The position numbers and the translations under genes were made by a program. Below, piece by piece: positions 63,791 to 64,000 of a stretch of 64,000 bases of DNA; within the stretch, counting starts at the first letter, position 1; every line of letters begins with the position of its first letter. The stretch lies in the NCBI GenBank assembly GCA_003427395.1, contig BFEA01000023.1, positions 135,882 through 199,881 on the forward strand, in the 5' to 3' direction. The notes beneath the pieces are model-generated. The model made no database searches and was not told where the DNA came from. It worked only from the letters and a program-made list of their open reading frames with translations. Origin of the DNA: Chara braunii. Lineage: Eukaryota > Plantae > Charophyceae.

Positions 63791-64000
63791 AAATATATAT
63801 ATATATACATGGACTACCAGGGTCATTTTGAATTTAAATCAAAAATGGACTATATCATTCTCTGAGTTTTTGTTTTGATTGCAATATCAAGTCAATATGT
63901 TCCGAAAATTTAGGATTCAATAATTTCATCTCAGAGATCCAGCGTTGTTGAAATTTAGCATCTTTGTAAAGCAACATCGTTTTTCTTAGCATACTTTGAA

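Overview
Repeat-rich eukaryotic (streptophyte) nuclear DNA with assembly gaps. The retroelement proteins and composition resemble the charophyte alga Chara (inference, not verified). The first ~21.5 kb holds two decayed, strongly diverged members of one unusual Ty3/gypsy-type lineage facing tail-to-tail: element 1 on + (1-~13.7 kb) and element 2 on - (~13.7-21.5 kb). In both, RT-RNaseH stops at the same codon and the integrase is a separate ORF with an N-terminal PHD finger. Behind it lies a train of closely packed accessory ORFs (A, B, C, E) conserved between the copies at protein level. The rest holds three host genes: a 62-aa membrane micro-protein, a two-exon F-box/LRR gene and a two-exon eIF3g. 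It also holds two poly(A)-tailed U6 retrocopies, a pair of degenerate hammerhead-like repeats, a plastid 23S rRNA fragment, a tRNA-derived SINE-like unit, a non-autonomous hAT element, MITE families, a fold-back RT fragment, an 11-copy G-box array and many simple repeats. All alignments were done by eye.
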